A stretch of DNA of 64,000 nucleotides, taken from Paracoccaceae bacterium (GTDB lineage: Bacteria; Pseudomonadota; Alphaproteobacteria; Rhodobacterales; Rhodobacteraceae). A program made the translations under genes and the position numbers. The notes under the pieces were generated by a model. It made no database searches and was not told the origin of the DNA. It was given only the letters and a program-made list of their open reading frames with translations. The DNA lies in assembly GCA_045564995.1 (NCBI GenBank), contig JBJLGG010000001.1:7443-71442 (forward strand). Reading direction: 5' to 3'. Positions 62,418-64,000 of the stretch are shown in pieces (positions within the stretch are counted from its first letter, which is position 1; every line of letters starts with the position of its first letter).

Positions 62418-63998
62418 ATGAGTAAGGAAATAAAATACGATAAAGCCTCAGATACAGAAGTAATTCGAGGGCATCCAGAAGAAGCCTCGAGCGTGGAACC
62501 TCGAGCTCTGGAGATGCCAGTTGATGCCCAGCTCGGCTGTCACTCGGGTTCCACCATGAAAACGGCTGCAGAAAATAGTCAAAACTCTGAGATTTTAGAA
62601 AAATATGCGGCTGATTATCCGATGGGTCCGCATGATAAGCCTCAATCAATGTGTCCTGCTTTTGGCTCATTGAGAGTAGGTCTGAGAATGAGACGAGTGG
62701 CGACCGTATTGTCAGGATCGGCTTGTTGTGTTTATGGGCTTACGTTTGTTAGTCATTTCTACGGTGCAAGGCGCTCCGTTGGATACGTTCCTTTCAATTC
62801 GGAAACACTAGTAACTGGAAAACTTTTTGAAGACATCAGAGATGCTGTTCACGAGCTGGCAGATCCGGACCATTACGATGCTGTTGTCGTTACAAATCTT
62901 TGCGTACCGACTGCGAGTGGAGTTCCTCTAAGGCTCCTTCCAAATGAAATAAATGGTGTACGCATTATTGGCATTGATGTCCCAGGTTTTGGTGTTCCAA
63001 CTCATGCAGAGGCGAAAGATATCTTGGCCGGTGCAATGCTTAATTTTGCGCGACAAGAAGTTGAAGCAGGTCCCGTTCAGGCACCTAAAGGTGGCAAGAA
63101 TGACAGACCTAGTTTAGCTATACTTGGAGAAATGTTTCCAGCCGATCCAATGGTAATTGGGGCAATGCTTGACCCCATGGGCCTATCTGCTGGTCCAGTT
63201 TTACCAGCCCGTGAGTGGAGAGAATTATACGCCGCCCTGGGGTGTGAGGCAGTCGCGGCGATACACCCATTTTATACGGCAACTTTACGAGAATTTGATG
63301 CAGCTGGGCGTCCTGCTTTAGGAAGTGCTCCAGTCGGATACGATGGAACAGCAAATTGGCTCGCAAATGTTGGAAAAATATTTTCTGTACCCCAGAAACA
63401 AGTAGCTCAAGCTCAGAATATGTTTCTACCAGCGATAAAAGAGGCCCTTGAGAAGACTCCTATCAAGGGACGCATCACACTATCAGGGTATGAAGGTAGT
63501 GAGTTATTGGTTGCAAGACTGTTAATAGAAAGTGGTGCCGAGGTGCCATACGTTGGGACTGCTTGTCCAAAAACGGAAATGTCCAAGGTAGACGCCGCTT
63601 GGCTCAGTCAAAAGGGTGTAGCAGTAAAGTTTAGAGCTTCGCTTGAAGATGATTTATCGGCAATTGATGCATTTGAACCAGACCTCGCCATAGGCACAAC
63701 GCCGGTGGTGCAACATGCAAAAGAGCAGGGACGCCCTGGCCTATATTTTACTAATCTAGTCTCCGCCCGTCCTCTTATGGGTGTTGCCGGTGCGGGAAGC
63801 TTGGCTGAAGTAATTAATACTGCCATTGGCAATCGTGATCGAATGGCAAATTTGAAGGGCTTCTTTGAAGGTGTAGGTTCTGATGATACATCTGGTGTCT
63901 GGGAAGGATCACCTAATCTCCGTCCAGAATTCCGGGCGCAACATCAGAAGAAATTAGATAAGGCCGCCAAAGCCGCCAAAGCACAGGAGATGATCTGA
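62418..63998 (+). CDS. bchY: Chlorophyllide a reductase subunit Y
   Basis: Motifs PQSMCPAFGSLR, SGSACCVYG, NLCVPTASG and YFTNLVSARPL. The TGATG at 63996-64000 probably starts bchZ. Confidence 0.95.
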   Translation: MSKEIKYDKASDTEVIRGHPEEASSVEPRALEMPVDAQLGCHSGSTMKTAAENSQNSEILEKYAADYPMGPHDKPQSMCPAFGSLRVGLRMRRVATVLSGSACCVYGLTFVSHFYGARRSVGYVPFNSETLVTGKLFEDIRDAVHELADPDHYDAVVVTNLCVPTASGVPLRLLPNEINGVRIIGIDVPGFGVPTHAEAKDILAGAMLNFARQEVEAGPVQAPKGGKNDRPSLAILGEMFPADPMVIGAMLDPMGLSAGPVLPAREWRELYAALGCEAVAAIHPFYTATLREFDAAGRPALGSAPVGYDGTANWLANVGKIFSVPQKQVAQAQNMFLPAIKEALEKTPIKGRITLSGYEGSELLVARLLIESGAEVPYVGTACPKTEMSKVDAAWLSQKGVAVKFRASLEDDLSAIDAFEPDLAIGTTPVVQHAKEQGRPGLYFTNLVSARPLMGVAGAGSLAEVINTAIGNRDRMANLKGFFEGVGSDDTSGVWEGSPNLRPEFRAQHQKKLDKAAKAAKAQEMI

Positions 63999-64000
63999 TG

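Overview
This is alphaproteobacterial DNA of the Rhodobacteraceae/roseobacter type. It is tightly packed and AT-rich for the family (about 40% GC by eye, not computed). From 1 to 26.2 kb it holds metabolic genes: a partial quinone oxidoreductase, a sarcosine oxidase operon soxBDAG with a convergent GlxA-type AraC regulator, YaiI, an AGAT-type amidinotransferase, a sugar ABC transporter with xylulokinase, a divergent inositol cluster (two iolB, short iolC, class II aldolase, three Gfo/Idh/MocA dehydrogenases, iolE, no iolD), a xylose-dehydrogenase-like SDR, and an oxalate-CoA ligase-like/PanE-like pair. From 26.2 to 64 kb it holds an aerobic anoxygenic photosynthesis gene cluster (PGC): idi-bchP-pucC-bchG-ppsR-ppaA, bchFNBHLM-lhaA-puhABC-orf-acsF-puhE-hemA-cycA, bchODI-crtA, crtIB-tspO, crtCD and crtEF-bchCXY, with nine perfect TGT-N12-ACA PpsR boxes at five promoters. 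The most notable observations are an orphan amidinotransferase, two genes (xylB, crtA) whose apparent start is ATA 6 nt behind a Shine-Dalgarno (SD), a putative oxalate-to-glyoxylate module, a mosaic iol cluster and several clear operator motifs. I saw no mobile element, CRISPR array, rRNA or tRNA. All family assignments come from recalled motifs, not database searches.
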